A stretch of DNA of 64,000 bases from Bacteroidales bacterium (GCA_017471025.1 JAFUWX010000045.1:11424-75423), one strand, 5' to 3'; positions 39,129 through 49,661 are shown, numbered from the stretch's first letter. A program made the numbers and translations. Notes: generated by a model from the letters alone, not told the origin.

Positions 39129-39209
39129 GCTGTCACCTTCGGGCTCACAGACAATGGAAATGCAGCAGATATTCCCGTCAAATTGACAATGGAAGATTTG
39201 TTCCAGTAG
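39129..39209 (+). pseudogene. 3' remnant of an AAA-family ATP-binding protein gene
   Basis: Frame reads AVTFGLTDNGNAADIPVKLTMEDLFQ*, resembling from memory the T(F/Y)G...(I/L)T(L/M)(D/E)DLF end of Bacteroidota AAA ATPases; orphan plus-strand -7 element at 38990-38997. Confidence 0.4.
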
Positions 39210-39219
39210 CCCACATCCC

Positions 39220-39774
39220 CTACAGCTCGCTGGCCAGGAGGGATTTCAGCTTTTCGGCGGCGATGTGGTAGGAGGCTTTGAGGGAGCCGACGGAGGTGCC
39301 CAGGATGGGGGCGATTTCTTCGTATTTGAGGTCTTCGAAGTAGCGCATCGAGAAGACGGCGCGCTGTTTGGCGGGCAGGGTGCGCAAGGCTTTCAGCAGG
39401 CGGTTCTGGGCGGCGGTCCCGTCGAAGTACGGGTCGTCATCCGTGATTTCGCGCACATGGGACAGGGAGCGGAATTGGAGGGCAGCCCGGACCTTTTTGC
39501 GGCGCAGGGCGTTCAGGGCCTCGTTGGTGGCGATGCGGTAGATCCATGTGTACAGTTGGGACTCCCAGCGAAAAGCCGGGAGCGCCGACCAGATTTTGAT
39601 GAAGATTTCCTGCAGGAGGTCATCGGTGTCCTCATGGCTATCCATCAGCGGCCGGACATGCCAGTACAAAGACTCCGAAAAGCGGCGGACAATCGCCTGG
39701 AACGCCTGCTCGTACGCGCCGTCCCGACACCACTGACGGATGTCCTCTTCGGCGATATGCGGGGTCTGTCCCAT
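39220..39774 (-). CDS. ECF RNA polymerase sigma factor
   Basis: DTDDLLQEIFIKIW, TWIYRIATNEALN, KYEEIAPILGTSVGSLKASYH; alternative start 39792. Confidence 0.93.
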   Translation of the reverse strand: MGQTPHIAEEDIRQWCRDGAYEQAFQAIVRRFSESLYWHVRPLMDSHEDTDDLLQEIFIKIWSALPAFRWESQLYTWIYRIATNEALNALRRKKVRAALQFRSLSHVREITDDDPYFDGTAAQNRLLKALRTLPAKQRAVFSMRYFEDLKYEEIAPILGTSVGSLKASYHIAAEKLKSLLASEL

Positions 39775-39805
39775 GCCGTTTAGCCTTGGCAAGAACCGTG
39801 CCCGC

Positions 39806-42403
39806 TTAACGCTTGAGAACAGGCAGGGAGCGCCGAGAGGAACCGGAGGTCAGCTCCAGGGTATAGCGGCCCGGAGCCAGGCCCGAAACATCCAGCACAT
39901 GGAAATAGTCGCCCTTCGGCGTCCAGCTGCCTTGCAGGGCCCGTGCACCGGTGGCGGAATACAGGGTGACGGAGACGGTCTCCGCGCCGGGATTGACCAG
40001 CAGGTTCAGGACATCCGTGCAGGGAATGGGATAGCAGGCATAGAGCAGCTCGTCCATATCCTCGACCACCTGCGCGCGGAAAGCAGTCTCGGCCGAGGCG
40101 CCATAAGGGTCGGCAGCCCGAAGGGTCACCTCCGCCGCACCCACAGACAAACCGATGAGCGTCAAGCTGTTATCATAGATGGAGGCATGGACGCCGTCCG
40201 TCGCGGAGACGGTATAGCTGAGCGGTTCGCAGGCGGAGAACAGCCCCTCCAGCGGGAGGTAGTCATCCTGTCCGGCAGCCAGAAGACGGCCCCCGGGCTG
40301 CCCGGTCAGGGTCGGCGCCCGATAGGTATGGGCCTTCCAGGGCAGGCGCCAGGTAGAAGACAGCCCCAGGGCGTCGGTCAGGACGATGACGGCTTCCCGC
40401 TCCCCTTCCGGCCCTGAAGCGTCCAGCGTAAGCACCAGCTGGCCTTCAGCAGAAGACTTACCGGAGGCCGAAGCACCTGACACAGAAAAGCTTACCGCCT
40501 GTCCGTCCGGATCGGAGCAGGACAGGGTCAGCGAAGCGGGCGTATGGGAGCACACGGACACCGGCCCGGCAGGCAGGCCGGACAGGACCGGCGCATGGTT
40601 CTCCAGCGTATGGAAAGGCGTCGTATAGGCCGCAGAGGGCAGGCCGGTCACACCGGTCGCGACCACGGTCAGGTAATAATCCGTATCCGGAGCCAGGTCC
40701 TCGAACATGCCGCTTAGGTCCTCGCCCGGCGCGGCACCCCGGGTCGCCTGCCTCGTCACCCGGGCCTGCAAATCCGGAAAAACGCCATCCCGGGGCGGCT
40801 GCAGGCTCAGGGATATTTCGTAGGCAGGAGCCGTCCCCTGGCCGTCGGCCACCGTTTTGAACGACCAGCGGGCCGACGTGATGTCCGGAACGATATCCAC
40901 CGCGGCAATCGGCGAAGGGGCCGGCCTGTCCTGCGCGGCGCAGACCGCCAGGGAGGCATCCAGATACCCCACCCCCAGCTTTCCGGCATAGGCCGGGTTG
41001 AGCTGGTCGATATCCACCGGGCGCAACGCGCTGAGCAGACGGGACTTGCACATGTCCGCGATAAATCCGGGACCGCCCCAGGCCGACACGACCAAAGCCG
41101 CCGTCCCGCTGACCAGCGGAGCGGCCATGGACGTCCCCATCATCCAGTAATAGCTTCCTTCCGCGGCCGTGCTGATGATCATCCCGTCGTAATATTCGTC
41201 CCCGGCATATTCGCCGCCGGGCGCACAGATATCCGTCCAGTCGTTGTAGTTGGAATAGCTCGCCTTGTGCCAGGCGGCATCGCAGGCTGTCACGGAGACG
41301 ACCCGCTCGTAGGACGAAGGAAAGTTCTGATATTCAACACCTTCATTGCACGCGGAGAAGACGACGACCCCGCCTTTCATCGGGGCGTCCGGGCGCTGGT
41401 TGCCCGCGTCGTCGCAGCCCGCGTTGTCGATGAAATAGTCGATGGCGTCCCGGATATATTCCGGAACCTGCGTCATCGACCGGGACAGGAAGCCCCAGGA
41501 GTTCTGGCTGATGACGGCGCCGTTGTCCGCACCATAGACCAGGGCGGCCGCCTGCCCGCTCAGCAGGTTTTTGGCCTGGTACCATTGGGCGCTCATCAGG
41601 CGGCAGCCCGAATCGGGCGAACCGTCGCCGCCCGCCACGCCGGCGATGCCGACGCCGTTGTTGCTGCGCGCCCCCACCAGGCCGGCGACATGGGTACCGT
41701 GGCTGTCCGCATCCGGCACCACGGCCCCGCTCGAAGCGCAGAAGTTATATCCATGGATATCATCGACATAACCGTTTCCGTCATCGTCCAGGCCGTTGTC
41801 AGGGATTTCCCCGGGATTGGTCCACAGCGCCGCCTCCAGGTCGGGATGGGTCGTGTCGATGCCGCCGTCCACGATGCAGACCACGACCTCGGGCAGCCCG
41901 GTCGTCACCTTCCAGGCGTCGAGGATATTGATGTCCGCGCCGGCGACGGATTCCCGGACATTGCCGTCATTGACAAGGCTCCACTGCCGGGGCAGGAAAG
42001 GGTCGTCGAAGGGCAGGACGGAGGGAACGGCCGGCAGGCTCGCCGCTACCGCGCGGGGGGCCGGGAAGGATACGGTCACTTCCGGGCTGACGCATTCCAC
42101 TTCACCGCTCTCCAGCAGGCGCGCACGGGCCTCAGTCAGAGGAATTTCCGCCGGGAAACGGACCCGGAACCAGCGGTCCAGTCCGGCGCGGGCGAAACGC
42201 TGCGGATAACGGGGATCCGCCTGGAACAGGGGCTCCGCATCCGAGAAGGCCTTGGTCGGCAGCACCGGCCGGACCGTACGGACCAGCAGCACGCCCGGCT
42301 CGCCTTCACAGGCAGGAACAGGCGGCTGCACAGGCACAACGCTCTCCCTGGCACAAGCCGCCAGGAAGAGCGTCAGTACACCCATGACCCACCTGCGGGT
42401 CAT
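39806..42403 (-). CDS. S8 subtilisin-like protease with lipobox, FN3/Ig-like region and T9SS-type C-terminal domain
   Basis: LAAC; triad VDGGID, HGTHVAG, GTSMAAP; C-terminus YPIPCTDVLNL...LDVSGLAPGRYTL...VLKR. Confidence 0.88.
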   Translation of the reverse strand: MTRRWVMGVLTLFLAACARESVVPVQPPVPACEGEPGVLLVRTVRPVLPTKAFSDAEPLFQADPRYPQRFARAGLDRWFRVRFPAEIPLTEARARLLESGEVECVSPEVTVSFPAPRAVAASLPAVPSVLPFDDPFLPRQWSLVNDGNVRESVAGADINILDAWKVTTGLPEVVVCIVDGGIDTTHPDLEAALWTNPGEIPDNGLDDDGNGYVDDIHGYNFCASSGAVVPDADSHGTHVAGLVGARSNNGVGIAGVAGGDGSPDSGCRLMSAQWYQAKNLLSGQAAALVYGADNGAVISQNSWGFLSRSMTQVPEYIRDAIDYFIDNAGCDDAGNQRPDAPMKGGVVVFSACNEGVEYQNFPSSYERVVSVTACDAAWHKASYSNYNDWTDICAPGGEYAGDEYYDGMIISTAAEGSYYWMMGTSMAAPLVSGTAALVVSAWGGPGFIADMCKSRLLSALRPVDIDQLNPAYAGKLGVGYLDASLAVCAAQDRPAPSPIAAVDIVPDITSARWSFKTVADGQGTAPAYEISLSLQPPRDGVFPDLQARVTRQATRGAAPGEDLSGMFEDLAPDTDYYLTVVATGVTGLPSAAYTTPFHTLENHAPVLSGLPAGPVSVCSHTPASLTLSCSDPDGQAVSFSVSGASASGKSSAEGQLVLTLDASGPEGEREAVIVLTDALGLSSTWRLPWKAHTYRAPTLTGQPGGRLLAAGQDDYLPLEGLFSACEPLSYTVSATDGVHASIYDNSLTLIGLSVGAAEVTLRAADPYGASAETAFRAQVVEDMDELLYACYPIPCTDVLNLLVNPGAETVSVTLYSATGARALQGSWTPKGDYFHVLDVSGLAPGRYTLELTSGSSRRSLPVLKR

Positions 42404-42407
42404 CGTC

Positions 42408-43199
42408 TTATTTCTCAGCCTCCTCTACGGCCTTGAAGTACCGGTAGGAGTTCACCTTCAGTTCGCCGACGGAAAGCTCGTCGCAGACGATCGTGCCGGC
42501 CGGATGCGACTGCAGGCCGGACAAGGTGCAATAGTGCGACATCGGGCCTTCGATGGCATCCTTGAGGGCACGGGCCTTCTTGCTGCCGAAAGCCAGGATG
42601 ACCACCTCTTTGCTGCTCAGCACGGTGGCGACGCCGACCGTCAGGGCCTGTTTCGGCACCTGGTTCACATCCCCGCCGAAGAAACGGGAATTGACCTCGC
42701 GGGTATCCTGCGTAAGGGTCACGACGCGGGTACGGGAAGCCAGGGAGGAGAAAGGCTCGTTGAAGGCGATATGGCCGTCTTCCCCGACGCCGCCGAGGAA
42801 CAGGTCGAAACCGCCGGCCTCGACGATGGCCTCCTCATAAGCGGCGCATTCCGCGACCGGGTCGGGGGCATTGCCGTTCAGGATATGGATATTCCCGGCG
42901 GGCTCGTCGATATGGTCGAAAAGATAGCGGTGCATGAAGCTGTGGTAGCTCTCGGGATGGCTCTCGGGCAGGCCCACATATTCATCCATATTGAAGGAAA
43001 TGACATTCTTGAAGGACAGTTCCCCGGCCTTGACCATGCGGATCAGTTCGGCATAGGTCTCGATGGGGGTGGAACCGGTACACAGGCCCAGCACGAAAGG
43101 CTTGTCGGTCCGGGCCGCCTTTTCCTTGATTTTCGCAGCAATGTAATGCGCGGCCCAAAGGGAGCCCTGCGCTGCGTTTTCACGAATGATAACTTTCAT
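42408..43199 (-). CDS. nagB: Glucosamine-6-phosphate deaminase
   Basis: [27 protein letters not shown]. Confidence 0.95.
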   Translation of the reverse strand: MKVIIRENAAQGSLWAAHYIAAKIKEKAARTDKPFVLGLCTGSTPIETYAELIRMVKAGELSFKNVISFNMDEYVGLPESHPESYHSFMHRYLFDHIDEPAGNIHILNGNAPDPVAECAAYEEAIVEAGGFDLFLGGVGEDGHIAFNEPFSSLASRTRVVTLTQDTREVNSRFFGGDVNQVPKQALTVGVATVLSSKEVVILAFGSKKARALKDAIEGPMSHYCTLSGLQSHPAGTIVCDELSVGELKVNSYRYFKAVEEAEK

Positions 43200-43210
43200 G
43201 GCTGTATGAC

Positions 43211-45145
43211 TTAACAAAGTTTCAGGAAGACTTCAATGGCCTGGTATTCAGCCATGCCGAGCTCATTGTAGAGCGACGCCGTATTCTGGGTACGCTCTTC
43301 GGCACGCTGCCAGAATTCGCGCGGGTCGTCGCCCGGGAAGGGGACGATGTCTTTCTGGGAAAGGTGGCGGAAAATGGCGTGACGCTTCTTGATGAGTTCA
43401 TCCGGGCTCAGCGGAACCGCCATATCGACACGGCCGAGCTCCCATTCCATCCAGGCGCCGCGATACAGCCAGATGGTCGTATTCTCCAGCCAGGACTCGC
43501 CTTCGGCCTTGAGCTGCTCGATGGACTCCAGGGCGGCTTCCGTACAGACACGGTGCGTGCCGTGCGGGTCGGCCAGGTCGCCGGCCATATAGATCTGGTC
43601 CGGTTTGATCTGCCTGATCAGGGCCTTGATGATATCCAGGTCGGCCTGCGTGCGCGGCAACTTGGTCACGCCGCCGGACTCGTAGAACGGGAGGTTCAGG
43701 AAGTGGGCGTTCGTGTTGGCATTGAGGCCGAACGAACGGACGGCGCCACGGGCTTCGCTGCGGCGGATGGCCCCCTTGATGGCCAGCAGGGCTTTCGGCT
43801 CCGGTTCGCCGGGATGCTTGGAATCGATGATGGCCTTCACCTCGTCGAACTTGTCGGCGAAGCCGAGTTGATAGGCTGCATCCATGTGCTGGAGCACCAC
43901 GTCATCGTGAACGGCCAGGTCGCCGGACGTCTCGTAGGCGACATGGACATCATGTCCCTGTTCGACCAGACGGATGAAGGTACCGCCCATCGAGATGACG
44001 TCGTCGTCCGGGTGCGGGGAGAAGATGAGCACCTTCTTCGGGAAGGGTGCGGATTTCACCGGACGGGTGCTGTCGTCGGCATTGGGCTTGCCGCCGGGCC
44101 AGCCGGTGATGGTATGCTGCAGGTCGTTGAATACGTCGATGTTGATCTTGTCGAAGGGACCGTAGAGCTCGAGCAGTTCGCCCAGGGAGTTCTCCAGATA
44201 GTCTTTCTGGGTGAGCTTGAGGATCGGCTTGTGGACGGTCTGGCAGAGCCACACGACGGCCTTGCGGATATACTTGCGGGACCAGCGGCAGGAACCGACC
44301 ATCCACGGGGAGACGATGCGGGTCAGCAGGGATCCGGAGTTCTCATCGACATAGAGGGTGCAGTTGTCATGGAGCTGGAGGTAGGCGGCCGGATAGATAC
44401 CGTCCATCTGGCCTTCGGCCATCGCCTTGACGGCTTCGGCTTTCTTCTCGCCCCAGGCCATCAGGATGATGCGCTTGGCGGAGAGCATGGTATCGATACC
44501 CAGGGTCAGGGCCGTCTTCGGGGTGAATTTGATGTTGCCGTTGTAATTCTTCGCCTGGCGTTTGCGGGAAGAATAGGACAGCTGGACCACCCGGGTACGG
44601 CTCTTCGGCGTGGCGCCGGCCTCATTGAAGCCGATCTGGCCGGCCTCGCCCACACCGATGACCAGCAGGTCCAGGCCGCGCGCCTGCTTGTCCAGCTCGG
44701 CGCAATAGTCGGAAACCTTGTCCTGGGGAACGGTGGCGTCCGGGATATGGATATTTTCTTCGGCGATATCGACTTTGTCGAGGAACTCGTTGTGCAGCCG
44801 GTAGTTACGGCTCTGGCGATGATCGCTGGAGACAGGATAGTATTCGTCGATGGAGAAGACCTCCACGTTGGCGAAGGAGACCTTCCCTTCCTGATAATAG
44901 CGGGTCAGCCATTTGTACAGGGATACCGGAGAGGCGCCCGTCGTCAGGCCGAGGCGGAATGTCCGGCCGGTGTTCGCGGCCTCATGGTCGCGGATGCTCT
45001 TGATGATGATACCGGCGATGATGTCGCTGGCATCGGTGGAATCCTGGAAGATTTCCGTCGTGATTTTTTCGAAGCTGTGCAGGACGCCCTTGGGAAGATT
45101 TTCCTCAATCAGGCCGCCGTCCTGCGGCAAGGTGAAATGTTTCAT
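43211..45145 (-). CDS. NagB-like domain fused to PIG-L/LmbE deacetylase domain
   Basis: [21 protein letters not shown]; [20 protein letters not shown]. Confidence 0.88.
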   Translation of the reverse strand: MKHFTLPQDGGLIEENLPKGVLHSFEKITTEIFQDSTDASDIIAGIIIKSIRDHEAANTGRTFRLGLTTGASPVSLYKWLTRYYQEGKVSFANVEVFSIDEYYPVSSDHRQSRNYRLHNEFLDKVDIAEENIHIPDATVPQDKVSDYCAELDKQARGLDLLVIGVGEAGQIGFNEAGATPKSRTRVVQLSYSSRKRQAKNYNGNIKFTPKTALTLGIDTMLSAKRIILMAWGEKKAEAVKAMAEGQMDGIYPAAYLQLHDNCTLYVDENSGSLLTRIVSPWMVGSCRWSRKYIRKAVVWLCQTVHKPILKLTQKDYLENSLGELLELYGPFDKINIDVFNDLQHTITGWPGGKPNADDSTRPVKSAPFPKKVLIFSPHPDDDVISMGGTFIRLVEQGHDVHVAYETSGDLAVHDDVVLQHMDAAYQLGFADKFDEVKAIIDSKHPGEPEPKALLAIKGAIRRSEARGAVRSFGLNANTNAHFLNLPFYESGGVTKLPRTQADLDIIKALIRQIKPDQIYMAGDLADPHGTHRVCTEAALESIEQLKAEGESWLENTTIWLYRGAWMEWELGRVDMAVPLSPDELIKKRHAIFRHLSQKDIVPFPGDDPREFWQRAEERTQNTASLYNELGMAEYQAIEVFLKLC

Positions 45146-45196
45146 GTGCTTTGGGGTTTTCGTTAATTTGTATGATTTCGTAAAGCATTGATTCTC

Positions 45197-46060
45197 TTAT
45201 AGCTGGCTCTCGCTCAGGCGGAAGGTGTCGCCCCGGCGGATGTCGCCGGTCTGGATGCCCAGGCTGAGCCATTTCTTGCGCTGGGCCGCGGTGCCATGGG
45301 TGAAGGATTCCTCCACGGCATAGCCCTGGGCCTTTTTCTGCAGGTAGTCGTCGCCGATGACCGAGGCGCAGCGGATGGCCTCGTCCACGTCGCCCGGCTC
45401 GATCGAGCCGAACATCGCATTGTCATGATGGGCCCAGACTCCGGCATAGAAGTCGGCCTGGAGCTCGATGCGCACGCTGAGGCGGTTGGCGTCGGCCTTG
45501 TCCATCCGCGCCATTTGCTGATGGGCCTGGCCCAAAGTGCCGAGCAGGTGCTGGACATGGTGCCCGACCTCATGCGCGATGACATAGGCATAGGCGAAAT
45601 CCCCGTCTGCCCCGAGCTGGCTCCGCATCGAGCTGAAGAAGGACAGGTCGATGTACAGGCACTGGTCGGCCGAGCAGTAGAAGGGGCCCATGGCGGCGCT
45701 TCCCGTGCCGCAGCCGGACTGGGTGGTGCCGGTATAGAGGACCATGGTCGGGGAAACATACTGCCCGAGACCGTTCTGCTCGAAATAGGCCGTCCAGACG
45801 TCTTCCGTACCGGCCAGGATTTTCTTGGAGAAAGCGGCCAGGGCTTGTTCTTCGGCCGTAAATTCGGCCGATTCCTGTTCCGTCACCACGCCGCCGCCCT
45901 GGGAGCTGATGACATTGAACACGTCGCCGAGGTTGCCGCCCATCAACAGGGTGATGGCCGCTACGATGATGACACCGCCCAGGCCGAGGCCTGCCGCCTT
46001 GCCGCCGGACCTGCGCCGGTCCTGCACGTTGGTACTTTCACGTCTTCCGTCTAATTTCAT
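45197..46060 (-). CDS. Neutral zinc metallopeptidase (YpfJ family)
   Basis: RESTNVQDRR, GPFYC, AHEVGHHVQ, ELQAD, SFTHGT. Confidence 0.92.
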   Translation of the reverse strand: MKLDGRRESTNVQDRRRSGGKAAGLGLGGVIIVAAITLLMGGNLGDVFNVISSQGGGVVTEQESAEFTAEEQALAAFSKKILAGTEDVWTAYFEQNGLGQYVSPTMVLYTGTTQSGCGTGSAAMGPFYCSADQCLYIDLSFFSSMRSQLGADGDFAYAYVIAHEVGHHVQHLLGTLGQAHQQMARMDKADANRLSVRIELQADFYAGVWAHHDNAMFGSIEPGDVDEAIRCASVIGDDYLQKKAQGYAVEESFTHGTAAQRKKWLSLGIQTGDIRRGDTFRLSESQL

Positions 46061-46124
46061 GTCGTGATAGGGTTAGGTTTCTGTCTAAAAATAATGAGAG
46101 CATGACAGGCACGCTCTCAGTTCA

Positions 46125-47150
46125 TCATTTGTTTATGTCCGTCGATCCTCCGTAGATGATCGCGGGTTTCAGGATAATACGCTCTTCCGGGTTCCCTTGG
46201 ATCATACTGGTCAGCACCTCCACCGATTTCTCACCCAGTTCCTTGAGCGGCTGGACGATGTGGGTGACCGTCGTGGCATAGAGGCTATAGATGTCGCTCT
46301 CGTCGAATCCCACGATGGCCAGGTCGTCCGGGGTCCGGATGCCGAGCTTCTTCATGACGGCCAGCACCGTGGCCGAAAGGGAATAGGTGGGCAGGAAGAA
46401 GGCTTCCACGCCCCGGTCCACCGCTTCGCGGATGATGGTCTCCACGTCGCTGTCCGCCTTGCCGTAGGTGGTGTAGTGGACTTTGGCATTCTGATAGAGG
46501 TCATGGTCCATCATCGCCTTGCGGTATCCGGCCTCCCGTTCGGGGAGGCTGGAGATGCCGAGGGTATAGGAGATCATCTCCACTTTCTTCAGGCCCTTTT
46601 CCAGCAGCAGTTCCGCGCTCATCCGGCCGGCCGCCTCATCGTCCAGGAGCACCTTTCCGACACCCTGCAGGCCGTCCACGTCGCGGTCGAGCAAGACCAC
46701 AGGCACCTTGGCGTCCAGGGCCTTGCGGATGGCGTCGTCACCACCCGTCACCGGTGCGACGATGATGCCGTCCACGTTGTGGGCCAGCACGGCGTCGATG
46801 GCCGCACCGAGCCGGTCCGCACTTTCTTCCGAACTGGCGAAGAAGACGGTGTAGCCCTTCTTGTCGGCCTTTTCTTCGATACAGCGGGAGATGCCGGCGA
46901 AGAATTTGTTCGAAATATCGTTGGGGATGACGGCGATGGTATTTGAACGGCCGCTGCGGAGCGAGGCCGCCGCGAAATTCCTTTTATAACCGAGGTCCTG
47001 GGCCACCTGCAGCACGCGTTTGGCCGTTTCTGCATTGACCGGGCAGTCCAACTTCCCGTCTTTGTCCCGCTTGGCGTTCATGACGAAGGACACCAAGGTC
47101 ACGGAAACGCCAGCCTCCCGGGCGACATCTCGTATTGTGATTCTTTTCAT
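46125..47150 (-). CDS. LacI-family transcriptional regulator
   Basis: TIRDVAREAGVSVTLVSFVMN, AASLRSG, DLAIVGFD. Confidence 0.93.
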   Translation of the reverse strand: MKRITIRDVAREAGVSVTLVSFVMNAKRDKDGKLDCPVNAETAKRVLQVAQDLGYKRNFAAASLRSGRSNTIAVIPNDISNKFFAGISRCIEEKADKKGYTVFFASSEESADRLGAAIDAVLAHNVDGIIVAPVTGGDDAIRKALDAKVPVVLLDRDVDGLQGVGKVLLDDEAAGRMSAELLLEKGLKKVEMISYTLGISSLPEREAGYRKAMMDHDLYQNAKVHYTTYGKADSDVETIIREAVDRGVEAFFLPTYSLSATVLAVMKKLGIRTPDDLAIVGFDESDIYSLYATTVTHIVQPLKELGEKSVEVLTSMIQGNPEERIILKPAIIYGGSTDINK

Positions 47151-47415
47151 AGCACAGGCCTCCTATAACTTCAAAATCCTATTAAATCAATTCGCAAGTT
47201 ACGAAGTTTTTTCGGGGATTACAAAAGAGCGCCCTTATTTTTTAAAAATTTTAGTTCTTTTGGTCGGATTTTTATCTAATCGCGCCTTCTTTGCCCGGCA
47301 TTTCGGCGGAAAAACCGCCTGGAGACGCCTGGAATGAAGATTTCCCCTCCCCGGGTGTGCTCGCGGGAGCAAACCGCCAGGAAGGGGAAACCGTTCCTTA
47401 CACCCCGAGGGGGGA

Positions 47416-49608
47416 TCAGTTGTGCAGCAGAACGGTCAGACCGGCCATCACGATGGACACCATGCTCATCAGTTTGATGAGGATGTTCAGCAAAGGGCCT
47501 GAGGTATCCTTGAACGGGTCGCCGACCGTGTCGCCGACGATGGTCGCCTTGTGGCAATCGGAGTTCTTGCCGCCGAAATGGCCGTCTTCCACATATTTCT
47601 TGGCATTGTCCCAGGCACCGCCGGAATTGGCCAGGAAAATGGCCAGCACGAAGCCTGCGCCCAGGCCGCCGGTCAACAGGCCGATGACGCCTGCAGGGCC
47701 CAGGATCAGGCCCACGACCACCGGCACGATGATCGCGAGCAGGGACGGGAATATCATCTCCTGCTGGGCGGCACGGGTGGAAATCTTGACGCAGGACGTG
47801 TAATCCGGACGCTGCTTTCCCTCCAGGATGCCGGCGATTTCGCGGAACTGGCGACGGACCTCCACCACCATCTTCTGGGCGGCGCGACCCACGGCATTCA
47901 TGGTCAGGCCGCAGAAGAGGAAGGCCATCATCGCCCCGATGAAAATGCCCGCCAGGACGATGGGGTTCATCAGGTTGATGTCGAAGTAAGACACGATATC
48001 CGGGATGGTGGCATGGGTCACATCCACCACGCGGTCGCCCAGCTGCAGGGCGGTCTTCCCGATATGGCCGAGGCCGATTTTAATCTCTTCGATATAGGAA
48101 GCCAGCAGGGCCAGGGCCGTCAAGGCCGCCGAGCCGATGGCGAAACCCTTTCCGGTCGCTGCCGTCGTATTGCCCAGGGCATCGAGGACGTCCGTCTTTT
48201 CCCGCACGGAAGGATCCAGCTCGCTCATCTGGGCGTTGCCGCCCGCGTTGTCGGCGATCGGACCGTAAGCATCTGTGGCCAAGGTGATTCCGAGCGTGGA
48301 GAGCATGCCCACCGCCGCAATGCTTACCCCGTACAGGCCGTTGCTGAGCAGGTCGGGGCTGAAGACGAAGCCGGTCGCGAAGCCATAGGACAGCAGGATG
48401 GCCACGGCGATCGTGACGACCGGAATGGCCGTGGAAATCATGCCCAGGCCGACGCCGCCGATAATGACGGTGGCCGAACCGGTCTGCGAGCTTTCCGCCA
48501 GCTTCTGCGTCGGTTTATACGAATGCGACGTGTAATATTCCGTCACCTTGCCGATCACCACGCCGGCCAGCAGGCCGGTCAGGACGGACAGCGACAGCTG
48601 CCACCAGTTGCCGAAGCCCAGCAGGTAGAAGATGCCGAAGGTGGCGACGGCGATGAGGACGGAGCTGAGGTTGGTGCCGCGGCTCAGGGAGCCGAGAAGC
48701 TGCTGCAGGGTGGCCTTTTCCTTGGTCCGGACGGCATAGATACCGATCAGGGACAGCACCACGCCGACGGCGGCGATGCACATCGGGGCCAGGATGGCTT
48801 TCGTCTGCATCTGCACGTCGCCGAAGAAAGCGGAGGCGCCCAGGGCCATCGTGGCGAGGATGGAGCCGCAGTAGGATTCATACAGGTCGGCGCCCATACC
48901 GGCGACATCCCCGACGTTGTCCCCCACGTTGTCCGCGATGGTCGCCGGATTGCGCGGGTCGTCTTCGGGAATATCCTGCTCGACCTTGCCGACGATATCG
49001 GCGCCCACGTCCGCCGCCTTGGTATAAATACCGCCGCCGACACGGGCGAACAGGGCCTGGGTGGAAGCACCCATACCGAAGGTCAGCATCGTGGTCGTAA
49101 TCACCACCAGGTTCTGGGTTTCGCTCGGGTCATAGAAGGCCTGGAGGATCCACCACCAGATGGAGATGTCCAGCAGGCCGAGGCCCACGACGGTCAATCC
49201 CATCACGGCGCCGCTGCGGAAGGCGATTTTCAGGCCCGCATTGAGACTCCGGCTGGTGGCGTTGGCCGTACGCGCGGAAGCGTAGGTCGCCGTTTTCATG
49301 CCCACGAAGCCGGCCAGGCCGGAGAAGAAACCGCCGGTCAGAAAGGCGAAGGGGACCCAGGGATTCTGAATATGGAACACATACGCCAGGACGGCGAAAA
49401 GCACGGCCAGCACCACAAAGACAATCGTCACGACTTTATATTGCTGTTTCAGGTAAGCCATAGCCCCTTCACGGACATATTGGGCGATTTCTTTCATGGT
49501 CGGCGTGCCTTCGCTTTCCTTGAACATCTGCCGGAAGAAGATCCAGGCGAACAGGAGGGCGACAAGGGCCGCTGCCGGAACGATACAGAAAAGTATATTC
49601 ATGGTCAT
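47416..49608 (-). CDS. hppA: K+-dependent membrane pyrophosphatase (Na+ or Na+,H+ pumping)
   Basis: DVGADIVGKVE, DNVGDNVGD, GNTTAA, GDTVGDPFKD. Confidence 0.95.
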   Translation of the reverse strand: MTMNILFCIVPAAALVALLFAWIFFRQMFKESEGTPTMKEIAQYVREGAMAYLKQQYKVVTIVFVVLAVLFAVLAYVFHIQNPWVPFAFLTGGFFSGLAGFVGMKTATYASARTANATSRSLNAGLKIAFRSGAVMGLTVVGLGLLDISIWWWILQAFYDPSETQNLVVITTTMLTFGMGASTQALFARVGGGIYTKAADVGADIVGKVEQDIPEDDPRNPATIADNVGDNVGDVAGMGADLYESYCGSILATMALGASAFFGDVQMQTKAILAPMCIAAVGVVLSLIGIYAVRTKEKATLQQLLGSLSRGTNLSSVLIAVATFGIFYLLGFGNWWQLSLSVLTGLLAGVVIGKVTEYYTSHSYKPTQKLAESSQTGSATVIIGGVGLGMISTAIPVVTIAVAILLSYGFATGFVFSPDLLSNGLYGVSIAAVGMLSTLGITLATDAYGPIADNAGGNAQMSELDPSVREKTDVLDALGNTTAATGKGFAIGSAALTALALLASYIEEIKIGLGHIGKTALQLGDRVVDVTHATIPDIVSYFDINLMNPIVLAGIFIGAMMAFLFCGLTMNAVGRAAQKMVVEVRRQFREIAGILEGKQRPDYTSCVKISTRAAQQEMIFPSLLAIIVPVVVGLILGPAGVIGLLTGGLGAGFVLAIFLANSGGAWDNAKKYVEDGHFGGKNSDCHKATIVGDTVGDPFKDTSGPLLNILIKLMSMVSIVMAGLTVLLHN

Positions 49609-49661
49609 CAGTTTTATGTGTTAACGCATGTCCAGGCCGTAGCCTGACATGCAAATATATG

